64,000 bases of DNA, taken from contig CAVUDW010000003.1 of NCBI GenBank assembly GCA_963740355.1, positions 1,472,001 to 1,536,000 of the forward strand. Direction: 5' to 3'. The notes under the pieces are model-generated. The model saw only the letters and a program-made list of their open reading frames with translations, ran no database searches and was not told the DNA's origin. This document shows, piece by piece, positions 13,743 through 23,988 of the stretch (position 1 is its first letter; every line of letters starts with the position of its first letter). Made by a program: the position numbers and the translations under genes. This DNA comes from an uncultured Gemmatimonadaceae bacterium. Its GTDB lineage: Bacteria; Gemmatimonadota; Gemmatimonadetes; Gemmatimonadales; Gemmatimonadaceae.

Positions 13743-15047
13743 TCAGATTGACGACGACGCCATGTGCGCTGGAACTGGCTTGCCGATCATCCGGAGGAAC
13801 TCCACCGGATCACCACTCACACGCAGGCACTCGTCCTCCGAGACCTCGCGCGAGACGTACAACTGATACAGCGAGTCGTTCAACGTCTGCATGCCGTACT
13901 TCTTGCCGGCCTGCATCATGCTGTAGACCTGATGGATCTTGTCGTCACGGATCAGCGCACGAATGGCCGGCGTCACTACCAGCACCTCGCTCGCCATCAC
14001 ACGTCCCTTCCCGCTGATACGCGGCAACAACACCTGCGTCACGATGCCTTCCAGCGAGAAGGCGAGCTGCGCCCGCACCTGGCTCTGCTGATGGCTGGGG
14101 AAGACGTCGATGATACGGTTCACGGCTTCGGCTGCACTGTTGGTGTGCAACGTCGCAAAGGCAAGGTGACCGGTCTCGGCGATCGTGATCGCCGCACTGA
14201 TGGTCTCGAGGTCGCGCATTTCGCCCACCAGGATCACGTCCGGATCTTCACGCAACGCATACTTGAGGGCCGACGCGAAACTCCTCGTGTCGGTGCCCAC
14301 TTCGCGCTGGTTGACGATCGACTGCTGATGCTTGTGCACGAACTCGATCGGGTCTTCCACTGTCAGGATGTGCGCCTGACGCTCCTTGTTGATCTTGTCG
14401 ATCAGCGACGCCAGCGTGGTGCTCTTGCCTGAACCGGTCGGCCCGGTGACGAGCACCAGCCCGCGCGGCTTCTCGGCAAACTTCACGATCGCGGGCGGCA
14501 ACTTCAGGTCTTCACAGGTCGGGATGACCATCGGGATGCGACGCACGACCATCGCCACCTGGCCACGCTGCTTGAACAGGTTGCCGCGGAACCGGGCCAG
14601 CGACGCAATGCCGAACGAGAAGTCGAGTTCATCATCCAGCTCGAACCGCTTCTTCTGCCCTTCCGTCAACACGCTATAGGCGAGCTGCAACGTGTCCTTG
14701 CCGCTCAACACATGCGAGGTGCGCGCCGGGATGATGTGACCATCGATGCGCAGCATCGGACGCTCACCCACCGTGGCATGCAAGTCGGACGCATCGCGCT
14801 CGATCACTTCCTCGAGCAAGGCGCGCAAGTTCAGCGGCGCCTGCGCCGGCGGACCAGAGGGGCCGCCGTGCGATGCACCATGCGGCGCCCCGCCCGGAGC
14901 ACCAGCTGGCGCCTGGCCCTGCGGGCGCGGATACGCGAGCGGAGCACCAGCGGGAGCGACAGCGCCTGGTGCAGGCTGCTGCGCAATTCCGCTCATCGCG
15001 AGTGACGGCGTAAGCCGACGCGGAGGCAGAGGAGGGAGACTCGACAT
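13743..15047 (-). CDS. pilT: Type IV pilus retraction ATPase
   Basis: GPTGSGKST, EDPIEF, LREDPDVILVGEMRD, AIRALIRDDK, GMQT; Pro/Ala-rich N-extension. Confidence 0.95.
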   Translation of the reverse strand: MSSLPPLPPRRLTPSLAMSGIAQQPAPGAVAPAGAPLAYPRPQGQAPAGAPGGAPHGASHGGPSGPPAQAPLNLRALLEEVIERDASDLHATVGERPMLRIDGHIIPARTSHVLSGKDTLQLAYSVLTEGQKKRFELDDELDFSFGIASLARFRGNLFKQRGQVAMVVRRIPMVIPTCEDLKLPPAIVKFAEKPRGLVLVTGPTGSGKSTTLASLIDKINKERQAHILTVEDPIEFVHKHQQSIVNQREVGTDTRSFASALKYALREDPDVILVGEMRDLETISAAITIAETGHLAFATLHTNSAAEAVNRIIDVFPSHQQSQVRAQLAFSLEGIVTQVLLPRISGKGRVMASEVLVVTPAIRALIRDDKIHQVYSMMQAGKKYGMQTLNDSLYQLYVSREVSEDECLRVSGDPVEFLRMIGKPVPAHMASSSI

Positions 15048-15120
15048 GGGTGGTGTCAGGTAGTCAGGAAGTCAGGACAACAGGAGCAATCGTGAGAGGA
15101 CTCTCAGGCGGTGCCGAGCG

Positions 15121-17043
15121 TCACGCCGCCGTTTCGCGCACGACCTGCTCCAGCGTCGTGATGCCGCGCAACACCTTCAGCCAGCCGTCCATGCGCAACG
15201 TGAGCATCCCCTCCGCCACCGCTGCGTCCTTCAACTCCGCCGCGCCGGCGTTCTGCAGGATCAGCTTCCGGATGGCCGGTGACATGCTCATCACCTCGTA
15301 CAAACCCTGGCGCCCCTTCATGCCAGTGCCATTACACGCGTCGCAGCCCTTGCCGCGGAAATACGGCAGCTTGCCGACCGCCGAATCGAGGGTCAGCCCC
15401 TCGAGGAACGGCAGCGCATCGGGCTGCGCGCCACGCTTCGCACCATCCAGCGCTTCCTGCGAGAACTGCATCTCTCGCAACGTGGTCGTGGACTTCACTT
15501 TCGCGGTCGAGAATTCGAGCTCGCTCGGCTCATACTTCTCGCGGCAGTTCTTGCAGATGCGACGCACCAGGCGCTGCGCCAGGATCAGGTTCAGCGCGCT
15601 CGACACGTTGAACGGCTCGAGCCCCATGTCCATCAGACGGGTGATCGTCTCCGGTGCACTGTTGGTGTGCAAGGTGCTGAGCACCATGTGACCCGTGAGT
15701 GCTGCCTTGATCGCGATCGAGCCTGTTTCGAGATCTCGGATTTCGCCGACCATGATGACGTTCGGATCCTGTCGCAGGAACGCCTTCAGCGCGGCCGCGA
15801 AGGTCATGCCGATTTCATTCCGCACCAACACCTGGTTGATGCCGAACAGGTTGTACTCGACCGGATCTTCCGCCGTCATGATGTTCGTGTCGCCGGTGTT
15901 GATCTTCGACAGGCACGAATAGAGCGTGGTCGTCTTGCCCGAGCCCGTCGGCCCCGTCACCAGCACCATGCCGTACGGATTCGACACCGCCTCCATCAGC
16001 TCCTTCTCGGCCCGCGGCTCGATGCCGAACTTCTCGAGGTCGAGCGTGAGGTTGCCCTTGTCGAGGATTCGAAGCACGATCTTCTCGCCGAACAGCGTCG
16101 GCAGCGTGCTGACACGGAAGTCGATCACCTTGCCGCCGAACTTGAGCTTGATGCGCCCGTCCTGCGGCACACGACGCTCGGCGATGTTCAGGCTGGCCAT
16201 GATCTTGAAGCGGCTGACGAGCGAGGCGCGCAACTTGATCGGCGGCTTCATCACTTCCTGCAACGCACCGTCCACGCGGTAACGCACGCGCAGCTCGTGC
16301 TCGAAGCACTCGAAATGGATGTCCGACGCGCCGCGCTGGACCGCTTCGATCAGGATCGCATTGATGAGGCGCACCACCGGCGCTTCGTCCATGCCGACCA
16401 GCGAAGCCGTTGCATTGTCCTCACTCTCAGTTTCCAGCACTTCCACGTCCGACATCTCGGACGTGATGTCGGCCAGCATCGAGTTGACCGTCTCTTCGGT
16501 CGTCGCCTTCGCCGGGTAGTACTTCTCCAGCTGCGTCTGCATCGACACTTCACCGGCCAACACCGGGAATATCTCGTACCGCGTGGTGAACCGGAGGGCG
16601 TCCGTCGCCTCATGGTTCCACGGGTCGGTCAGCGCCACCGTCAGCTTCTGTCCTTCGCGACGGAGCGGCATGATGCGGTACTTGTGCGCCAGCTCAGCCG
16701 GCACCGTCCGCAGCAGCTTCTCGTCCGGCTCGACCTTCATCAGGTCGACGGCCGGCATCGTGTGCGCCTTCGACAGCGACTTGAGCAGCGCCACTTCGTT
16801 CAGCACACCAGCGCGAATCGCGAACAGCGGCACCGAGCCGACGCCATGTGCGGCAGCCAGCTCCTTGGTCGCCTTCGCGATCTGCTCATGCGTCAGCAGG
16901 TTCTCGCGCAGCAGGTGTTGCGCGAGGGAATTGCCCCCGCCACCGCCAGGCGCGGCATTCGGCCGATAGCCGGTCGGCTTCGGCGCACCAGAGGTACCGG
17001 ACGGCGCTGGACGCGAGTCAGTTGTTGAACGGACGTCGGACAT
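15121..17043 (-). CDS. pilB: Type IV pilus extension ATPase
   Basis: ASDIH, ERRVPQDG, GPTGSGKTT, LRQDPNVIMVGEIRD, CxxC...CxxC zinc motif. Confidence 0.95.
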   Translation of the reverse strand: MSDVRSTTDSRPAPSGTSGAPKPTGYRPNAAPGGGGGNSLAQHLLRENLLTHEQIAKATKELAAAHGVGSVPLFAIRAGVLNEVALLKSLSKAHTMPAVDLMKVEPDEKLLRTVPAELAHKYRIMPLRREGQKLTVALTDPWNHEATDALRFTTRYEIFPVLAGEVSMQTQLEKYYPAKATTEETVNSMLADITSEMSDVEVLETESEDNATASLVGMDEAPVVRLINAILIEAVQRGASDIHFECFEHELRVRYRVDGALQEVMKPPIKLRASLVSRFKIMASLNIAERRVPQDGRIKLKFGGKVIDFRVSTLPTLFGEKIVLRILDKGNLTLDLEKFGIEPRAEKELMEAVSNPYGMVLVTGPTGSGKTTTLYSCLSKINTGDTNIMTAEDPVEYNLFGINQVLVRNEIGMTFAAALKAFLRQDPNVIMVGEIRDLETGSIAIKAALTGHMVLSTLHTNSAPETITRLMDMGLEPFNVSSALNLILAQRLVRRICKNCREKYEPSELEFSTAKVKSTTTLREMQFSQEALDGAKRGAQPDALPFLEGLTLDSAVGKLPYFRGKGCDACNGTGMKGRQGLYEVMSMSPAIRKLILQNAGAAELKDAAVAEGMLTLRMDGWLKVLRGITTLEQVVRETAA

Positions 17044-17098
17044 GTGACGGGTGGGTCTGAAGTGTGCCCAGCACTTACGCGAGCGGGGTGGAGCTCGA

Positions 17099-17668
17099 TC
17101 AGCGCTGTACCGAGTGGGGACGCGGAGTGCCTGAGAACGTCACGAGCGCGCTCAGGGCCTGCGCCATCTTCGGCCCAATGCCCCGCACCCGCTGCAATTC
17201 CTCGAGCGATCCGAACGGCCCCTTCGCACTGCGATCGGCCACGATGCGGGCCGCCAGCGCCGGCCCGATGCGAGGCAAGCGCTCGAGCTCCGCCACGTCG
17301 GCGCGATCGAGATCCACGGGTCCGAGTCTCGGCAGCTGCTGCGCCCTTCCCTGACTGCTGCCAGACGCGCTGTCGGCCCCCGCGCCACGTCGTCGCCGAC
17401 TGCGCGCCGCCGGCACCCTCAGACTGTCACTCCCTCGCGACCGAGCTCGACCGGTCGCGGCTGGCCTCCGCCCGCGACTTGCCCCACCGCGCCGACTGGC
17501 GCGTTGCGCCGAATCCACCGCCAGGAGCTGTCGCGAGAGCTGCTCAGCCGTCGACGGGTCGCTTGCGCCACGATGACGCCACTGACGGATCATCTGGACG
17601 CCAGTACCGATTACAATGACCGCCAGTAGCCATTGCAGGGCACTTCGCTCGCCTTTCGTGAGTGACAT
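17099..17668 (-). CDS. comEA: ComEA-family DNA-binding competence protein (start may be 17704)
   Basis: N-terminal TM helix; HhH repeats LERLPRIGPALAARIV and LQRVRGIGPKM. Confidence 0.85.
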   Translation of the reverse strand: MSLTKGERSALQWLLAVIVIGTGVQMIRQWRHRGASDPSTAEQLSRQLLAVDSAQRASRRGGASRGRRPAATGRARSRGSDSLRVPAARSRRRRGAGADSASGSSQGRAQQLPRLGPVDLDRADVAELERLPRIGPALAARIVADRSAKGPFGSLEELQRVRGIGPKMAQALSALVTFSGTPRPHSVQR

Positions 17669-17791
17669 CCGCGACATCCGGGCTCCGGTCGTTGACCGGG
17701 CCATAGTGGGGCGAGCTGACGCTCAGCGCCCACCGTTTTCACGCGCGCAGGATGTTTTGCGCGCGCCTCTTTTCAGCCATGCCAGCCTGGG

Positions 17792-18760
17792 CTACGGCTG
17801 CTCCGCCCCACGGATCACTGCCACCGCCACGTTCCCCACGATCTGCATGCTCTCCAGGCTCACCTTGTCCTCGGTGTCCTCGAGTGTGTGGTGGAACGGG
17901 TAGTCGAGGTCGATCACATCGATCGCCTTGATCCCTGCCGCCTGCAGCGCGATATGGTCGTCCCGCACCGGGTACTTCGGACGCTGGATGAAGAAGTTCG
18001 CGTAGCCCATCGCCTCGGCCTGGCGCCAGACGCGGGCGACGACTTCGGGGGCGAAATCGAGTGAGTTCTGCTCCTGGAAGATCTGCAGGCTACGATCGCC
18101 GATCATGTCCCAGACGATGGCGAATTCCGGCTTGTAGCCCGGTGACGGCAGGTGGGCGGTGAAGTACTGCGAGCCGATGAACACGTCCACCTCGGGCGGG
18201 CCGAATTCGCCGTAGTCCTCGCCGTCCACGAACACCAGGTCGACGCCGATGCTCGTCGGTTTCGCTTTGAGGGCGTCGCCTATAGCGAGGAAAAGCGCGA
18301 TACCACTGGTGCCGTCGTTGGCCCCGATGATCGGCTTCAGCGTGTCAGCCGGTGGCGCCTGTTCGGCCTTCGGGCGGGTATCCCAGTGTGTGACGTAGAG
18401 GACGCGCTTGGTCGCGGCCGGATTCCACTGCGCGATGATGTTGCGCTGCGGCAGCGGCTTTCCCGCCTTGGTCGTGTGCGTCCAGGTCTGCTCGGTGACC
18501 GTGGCCCCACGTGCCCGCATCTCGGCCACGATCCAGTCACCCGTCGCCTTGTGCCCGGGCGAGCCCGGAACGCGTGTGCCGAACTGCAGCGCCGTGTGGA
18601 GATATTTCATGGACGCCGCGCCGTCGAAGGCCGCGGCCGCCCGGAGTGCCAGCGAGTCCGCCCCCAGCCCCGAGTTCTCAGGCGCCTTTTCGCCGGAACA
18701 GGCCATCAGCCCCGCGAGCGCCGCAGCAGGGACCAGCAGGACGACGCGTCGAAGCAGCAT
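17792..18760 (-). CDS. M28 family peptidase / glutaminyl cyclase-like lipoprotein
   Basis: Lipobox LMAC; HWDTR, GANDGTSG, DGEDYG, WDMIG, DDH, HHT. Confidence 0.85.
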   Translation of the reverse strand: MLLRRVVLLVPAAALAGLMACSGEKAPENSGLGADSLALRAAAAFDGAASMKYLHTALQFGTRVPGSPGHKATGDWIVAEMRARGATVTEQTWTHTTKAGKPLPQRNIIAQWNPAATKRVLYVTHWDTRPKAEQAPPADTLKPIIGANDGTSGIALFLAIGDALKAKPTSIGVDLVFVDGEDYGEFGPPEVDVFIGSQYFTAHLPSPGYKPEFAIVWDMIGDRSLQIFQEQNSLDFAPEVVARVWRQAEAMGYANFFIQRPKYPVRDDHIALQAAGIKAIDVIDLDYPFHHTLEDTEDKVSLESMQIVGNVAVAVIRGAEQP

Positions 18761-18997
18761 GTGAGCCAGAGACACTTGAGTGGGCGAGGAGATCCGGCGC
18801 GACGAAGGCCGCGTAGGTCCGGCGTACATTCCGACGTGCGGTCCGACGTGCATCACTTGCGACTCAGGCACCGTGCGCGGGCTCCAGCCATGGAACCCGA
18901 CACTTAACCCCGTGTCACAATTAGGCTTGAACCACGTGTCGAGCCGGTCGAATATACGGCTCGACGGTATTGTGCTGTACCTCCCTGTCCCTGTCTC

Positions 18998-20848
18998 GTG
19001 AAGATCCTCAGTCGCTACGTCCTCCGAGAGCATCTCGGGCCGCTCGCATTTGCGCTCACGGCACTGACGTCGCTCCTGTTGTTGAACTTCATCGCCAAGC
19101 GCTTCGGGGATCTCGTGGGCAAGGGATTGCCGGCGTCGGTCATCGCCGAGTTTTTTGGGTTGGCCCTGCCGTTCACCGTGGCGATGACGCTGCCGATGGC
19201 GGTGCTGGTGGCGGTGCTCTACGCCTTCAGCCGACTCGCCTCCGAAAGCGAGATCACGGCGCTCAAGGCGAGCGGCGTCTCGATGAACAAGATCATGGCC
19301 CCCGTGCTTGCCGGTGCCACGGTGCTCGCACTCGGCATGGTGTACTTCAACGACTACATCCTGCCGGAAGCGAACCACCGGTTGCGGATCCTGCAGACCG
19401 ACATCGGTCGCACCAAGCCGACCTTCGCCCTGCGCGAGCAGGTCATCAACGACGTCGTGCCGGGCCGCCTCTTCCTGCGCGCCGCGCGTATCGACAAGGC
19501 CAACAACCGGCTGCACGAGGTCGTGATCTACGACTTCGGCGATGGCAGCAAGCGTCGCACGATCGTGGCTGACAGCGGCGACCTCGCGCTGGTCGAGGGC
19601 ACCGGCGACATGACGCTGGTGCTCTACCACGGCACCATGACCGAGATCCCGGCCGCCACGCCGACGCAGTTGTCACGGCTGTCTTACATCAAGGATCGCA
19701 TCACCGTGCGCGGCGTCGCCAACAGCTTCTCGCGCGACAGTGCGGACAGTTACAAGTCCGAACGCGAGATGGGTGTGTGCGAGATGCAGCAGCAGGTGTA
19801 TGGCGCCGAGAAGGACTTGTATCGCGAGCGACGCCAGGCGGCGATGCTGCAGCAGCGGGCGTTGAAGGCGTTGACGCGTGGCATCGTCGATCCGCTGACA
19901 CCGATCGACACGCTGAAGAGTGCATCACCCGGCATCGGTCGCTACTACTGCACGGCCACCACCGCCCTGGCGTCGTTCTTCAAGCGTGGTGACAGCACGA
20001 CCAACGATCGCGGCAAGCCGACCAACGCCCCCGTCACCGCCAGCCCGACCATTGCACCGATCGTCACCGGTGCCGACAAGGCGACCACCACGGTGCAGGC
20101 CGGCGTGAATGGCGCTGCGACAGCAGGAACGCCCGCTGCCGGGGACGGCTCGAAGCTGAATACGCCGACGAACATTCCCGCGGTCGCGAACGGTGTCGCC
20201 GCAGGCAGTGTGAAGGCGCCGCCCCAGCCGGGATCACCGGCTGCCGTGGCAGCGCAGCCCTCGGTGGCGCCTGGTGCAACGCCGACCGTGCCTTCACCAA
20301 CGCTCGCACCATCCAGTGGCGCTGTCGTCACGCCGGAGCCGCAGTCGTTGCTGCCCGCTGCGACCGTCACGCCATCGATGGCATCGAGCGGCATCGGCTC
20401 AATCATCGAGCAGACCGCGCAACGTGCATCGATCGCCCGTTCCACCTGGTCGCAATACGAAGTCGAAATCCACAAGAAGTTTTCGCTTGCGGTGGCCTGC
20501 ATCGTGTTCGTGTTGCTGGGCGCACCGATCGCGCTGCGATTCCCGCGCGGTGGTGTGGGCCTCGTGATCGGCGCCAGCCTGGGCGTGTTTGCGTTGTACT
20601 ACGTCTGCCTGATCGCCGGCGAATCGATGGCTGACGACGGGGTGTTGCCGCCATGGGTGGCGATGTGGGCGGCCAACCTCGTCTTCACCTTCGTCGGCCT
20701 GATTCTCTTTGCCCGCATGGGTCGCGAGAGCAGCACGGCGCGCGGCGGTGATTGGGATGAAGTGAAGGACCGGATCAAGGCCTGGGTGGCCGGACTCCTT
20801 CCATCGGCGCGCCGTCAGCGCGCGTCGATGCCAGCCACCGACGCCTGA
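18998..20848 (+). CDS. lptF: LptF/LptG family permease with large insertion
   Basis: MKILSRYVLRE, SEITALKASGVS, EIHKKFSLAVAC, WVAMWAAN. Confidence 0.85.
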   Translation: MKILSRYVLREHLGPLAFALTALTSLLLLNFIAKRFGDLVGKGLPASVIAEFFGLALPFTVAMTLPMAVLVAVLYAFSRLASESEITALKASGVSMNKIMAPVLAGATVLALGMVYFNDYILPEANHRLRILQTDIGRTKPTFALREQVINDVVPGRLFLRAARIDKANNRLHEVVIYDFGDGSKRRTIVADSGDLALVEGTGDMTLVLYHGTMTEIPAATPTQLSRLSYIKDRITVRGVANSFSRDSADSYKSEREMGVCEMQQQVYGAEKDLYRERRQAAMLQQRALKALTRGIVDPLTPIDTLKSASPGIGRYYCTATTALASFFKRGDSTTNDRGKPTNAPVTASPTIAPIVTGADKATTTVQAGVNGAATAGTPAAGDGSKLNTPTNIPAVANGVAAGSVKAPPQPGSPAAVAAQPSVAPGATPTVPSPTLAPSSGAVVTPEPQSLLPAATVTPSMASSGIGSIIEQTAQRASIARSTWSQYEVEIHKKFSLAVACIVFVLLGAPIALRFPRGGVGLVIGASLGVFALYYVCLIAGESMADDGVLPPWVAMWAANLVFTFVGLILFARMGRESSTARGGDWDEVKDRIKAWVAGLLPSARRQRASMPATDA

Positions 20849-20851
20849 GAC

Positions 20852-21925
20852 ATGCGCGCACTCGACCGGTACGTCCTCAAGGAATGGTTGCGGATTTTTC
20901 TCATCACGGCATTCGGGTTCCCCGTCCTGATCGTGATCGTCGACCTCACGGAAAAACTCGACACGTACCTGCAGCGCCAGATTCCCGCGCGCGACATCGC
21001 CGTCAGCTACCTCTATGGCGTGCCGGAAACGATGTTCCAGGTGCTGCCGGCAGCGGTGTTGTTCGCGACGGTGTTCACCGTTAGTTCGTTCACGCGTTAT
21101 TCCGAGATCACCGCAGCCAAGGCCAGTGGCATCTCGTTCCATCGTTTCATCCGGCCACTGACGCTCGGTGCCGTGTTCGCGATGTGCATCGGGTTCTCGC
21201 TCAACGTGATCATCCCGCCGCTCAACCAGAAGAAGCTGAACCTGCTGCAGGAGCAGAAGTTCAAGGACACTGGCGAGCGCTACAACTTTGCCTTCGCCAC
21301 TGGTGAAGGGCGCACGTACAAGGTTGGGGCACTGCACGCGTCGCGAAACATGATCGAGAACGTCGAGGTGGAGCGACTCGGCACCGGTCCCACGCTGCCC
21401 ACCACGTACAGCATCGCGGAGCAGGCGTTCTATCGCCGCAATGCATACTGGATGCTCGTGCGCGGCCATTTGCATGTTGTACCGAACGCCACCGTGGACG
21501 TCGTATTTTCCTACGATTCCCTGCTGGATCGGGCCTTCGTGGAGCGGCCACTGGAGCTGAATGCCGCCACCAAAGCGCCGGCCGACATGGGCTGGCGCGA
21601 ACTGGGTCGCTACATTCGAGCATTGCAGCGCTCCGGATCGGACGTGAACCCGCTGAAGGTCGAGCGGATGCTCAAGCTCGCGATCCCGGTCACCTGCGTG
21701 ATCATCCTGCTGTTCGCGGCCCCGCTCGCCACAAGTACGCAGCGGGGCGGCGCCGCCTGGGGTATCGGCGTCAGCCTCCTGACCACCGTGGTCTTCCTCG
21801 TCCTTGTGAATCTGATGCGCGGCTTCGGCGGCAAAGGCATTATTTCGCCCGATTTGGCAGCATGGGTCCCCAGCCTGATTTTTGGCGTGGTGGGCGCGGT
21901 GCTGCTCTTCCGGGTGCGCACATGA
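20852..21925 (+). CDS. lptG: LptF/LptG family permease
   Basis: MRALDRYVLKE, SEITAAKASGIS, LAAWVPSLIF. Confidence 0.85.
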   Translation: MRALDRYVLKEWLRIFLITAFGFPVLIVIVDLTEKLDTYLQRQIPARDIAVSYLYGVPETMFQVLPAAVLFATVFTVSSFTRYSEITAAKASGISFHRFIRPLTLGAVFAMCIGFSLNVIIPPLNQKKLNLLQEQKFKDTGERYNFAFATGEGRTYKVGALHASRNMIENVEVERLGTGPTLPTTYSIAEQAFYRRNAYWMLVRGHLHVVPNATVDVVFSYDSLLDRAFVERPLELNAATKAPADMGWRELGRYIRALQRSGSDVNPLKVERMLKLAIPVTCVIILLFAAPLATSTQRGGAAWGIGVSLLTTVVFLVLVNLMRGFGGKGIISPDLAAWVPSLIFGVVGAVLLFRVRT

Positions 21926-22773
21926 CCGGTGGTTCGTCGCACGTCCCGGCACCGACGAAGGTGGCCGACGTCGCAGTCGATATCCTCCCCGTCCGCATGG
22001 TCCGGGCACTCGGCCGTCTTGGTGTCGAGCAGTTGGCGCACACGGGCCGATTCGCGCAGTTCATGGGCGACATCGGCCGCGGGTTCAGGGAAGTCTCCAC
22101 CTGGGCGCCGGAAGTCGTGAAGCAGATGCGCGGCATCGGTGTCGACTCGTTGCCGCTGGTAGTGATCGTGGCCGGATTTCTTGGCGCTGTCTCTGCCTTC
22201 CAGACGCGCTACCAGCTCTTTCCTGGCGTGCAGCTGAGCGTCATCGGCCTCATCGTTCGTCAGTCGATCGTGCTCGAACTGGGACCACTGCTGACCGCGC
22301 TGGTGCTGGCCGGTCGTGTCGGTGCCAAGATGACGGCGGAAATCGGCACCATGCGCGTCACCGAGCAGATCGATGCGCTCGAAACGCTGGCCTTCGATCC
22401 GGTCGCGTTCCTCGCGGTGCCGCGTCTGATCGCCGCCCTGATCATGGTGCCGGTGCTGGTGCTGGTCGCGAACTTCATGGCGATTTTTGCAGCGTTCATC
22501 ACGCTCATCCTCGCCACTGACGTCACGCCGCTCGACTACAAGGCTGGCCTTCAGCTGGCGTTCATTCCATTCCAGATCTGGTACAGCGTGATCAAGTCCA
22601 TCGGCTTCGGTGCCGCGATCGCGCTCGTGTGCTCGTACGAAGGCTATGTGAGCGGGGCTGGCGCCGAAGGCGTCGGTCGCTCCACGGCAAAGGCGGTCGT
22701 GATCACGTCCGTCGTCATTCTCGTCTACGATGCCATCATCGCGGCGCTCCTCGCACCATTCATTCAGGCATGA
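21922..22773 (+). CDS. mlaE: MlaE family ABC permease
   Basis: ELGPLLTALVLAGRVGAKMTAEIGTMRVTEQIDAL, GAEGVGRST; ATGA overlap with lptG. Confidence 0.9.
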   Translation: MTGGSSHVPAPTKVADVAVDILPVRMVRALGRLGVEQLAHTGRFAQFMGDIGRGFREVSTWAPEVVKQMRGIGVDSLPLVVIVAGFLGAVSAFQTRYQLFPGVQLSVIGLIVRQSIVLELGPLLTALVLAGRVGAKMTAEIGTMRVTEQIDALETLAFDPVAFLAVPRLIAALIMVPVLVLVANFMAIFAAFITLILATDVTPLDYKAGLQLAFIPFQIWYSVIKSIGFGAAIALVCSYEGYVSGAGAEGVGRSTAKAVVITSVVILVYDAIIAALLAPFIQA

Positions 22774-23672
22774 AGCGCAAAAACGAAATCCTTGTTGGCT
22801 TGCTGCTCCTTCTCGGCGGCGCCATTGCAGTGTTCGGATCGATCTGGCTGGTGCGCGGCAGCCTCGGTAAGGGCTATCCACTCTACGCCCGATTTCCGTG
22901 GGGTGCGGGCCTCAAGCCGGGTCAGCCGGTACTGCTGGCGGGTGTCACGGCCGGCTCCGTGGCTGACGTGGAATACGATCCACAGGGCACCGTGCGTGTC
23001 ACGCTCCGCATGACACGTGGATTCCAGGTGCCGAAGGGCAGCACCGCACAGTCGATTCCGGTCGGCTTCTTCGGTGACCGCGCGATCGCGATCGAGCCGA
23101 TTATCGGCGTGAAGGATTTCATCGCCGAAGGTGACAGCATCGTGGTCAGCAAGAGCGGCGCGACGACCGATGAGGTGATTGCGACCGGTGACTCGATCGC
23201 GAAGGACATCCGCGGCATCACACTCCCGCTCCGCAACCAGATGGTGGACAGCGGCGGTGTGCAGGACATCCGCGAGATCCTGCGCAGCACCAGCGCGCTC
23301 ACGAAGCAGCTGAACACCGTCATTCTGGCGCAGAACACGCAGCTGACGATGGCGATGACGAGTGTAAATCGCTCGCTGAAGGCACTCGAGCGCACCGCCA
23401 GCGCGCTGGACTCGATGAAGGTGGACAGCCTGCAGCGCAACGCCGGCCGCGCCACCGCCAACGTGGCCGCGATCACCGACTCACTGCGCCGCACCATGCA
23501 GTCGCTGAACGCCACCATGGGTCGCCTCGAACGCGGCGAAGGCACGGCCGGCAAGCTGCTCACCGACTCCCTCCTCTACAACGACGTCCGACGCCTCGTT
23601 ACCCGCCTCGACAGCGTGACCGCCGACTTCAAGCGCGATCCACGCAAGTACATCAAGTTCTCGGTGTTCTAG
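22770..23672 (+). CDS. mlaD: MlaD/MCE family protein
   Basis: N-terminal TM, GLKPGQPVLLAGVTAGSV MCE motif, helical region, GEGTAGKLLTD; ATGA overlap with mlaE. Confidence 0.85.
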   Translation: MKRKNEILVGLLLLLGGAIAVFGSIWLVRGSLGKGYPLYARFPWGAGLKPGQPVLLAGVTAGSVADVEYDPQGTVRVTLRMTRGFQVPKGSTAQSIPVGFFGDRAIAIEPIIGVKDFIAEGDSIVVSKSGATTDEVIATGDSIAKDIRGITLPLRNQMVDSGGVQDIREILRSTSALTKQLNTVILAQNTQLTMAMTSVNRSLKALERTASALDSMKVDSLQRNAGRATANVAAITDSLRRTMQSLNATMGRLERGEGTAGKLLTDSLLYNDVRRLVTRLDSVTADFKRDPRKYIKFSVF

Positions 23673-23690
23673 GGTCTGGCTTCGGCGGTT

Positions 23691-23812
23691 GAACTGCAAT
23701 CGCATAACGCAGAACCGAACAGCCGCAGAACTGAACAGCCGCAGAAGAGCAACCGCCGAGTGCCGTTGCAGTTCTGCGGCTGTTCAGTTCTGCGGCTGTT
23801 GTCTTCTGCGTT
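23691..23812. repeat. Intergenic palindromic (REP-like) element
   Basis: Perfect 29-bp inverted repeat 23718-23746 / 23772-23800; related copy in reverse at about 45325-45377. Confidence 0.8.
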
Positions 23813-23988
23813 GTGCCGTTGACGATCCTGGTTTCGAAAGGAATGCCCGCCCGCGAAGATCTTCGGCGGGTAGCGTAAAACATCACTTGCATTAGAATTC
23901 ACCAACGGAGCCAGCTATGGCACCGATCACCGGTTACCCTGAGATTGCTCGGGTCCGGGCTGTCAGACTTCAACTGTGTGAGGTGACC

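Noticed and set aside
12176..14017. 613-aa plus-strand ORF (and similar long ORFs at 15667-17028, 20399-22009, 24138-26195, 46395-47903, 55852-57177)
   Set aside because: Arg/His-rich antisense shadows of well-supported genes in GC-rich DNA.
18761..19630. Long N-terminal extension of the M28 peptidase
   Set aside because: Overlaps lptF antisense; signal peptide and lipobox start at 18760.
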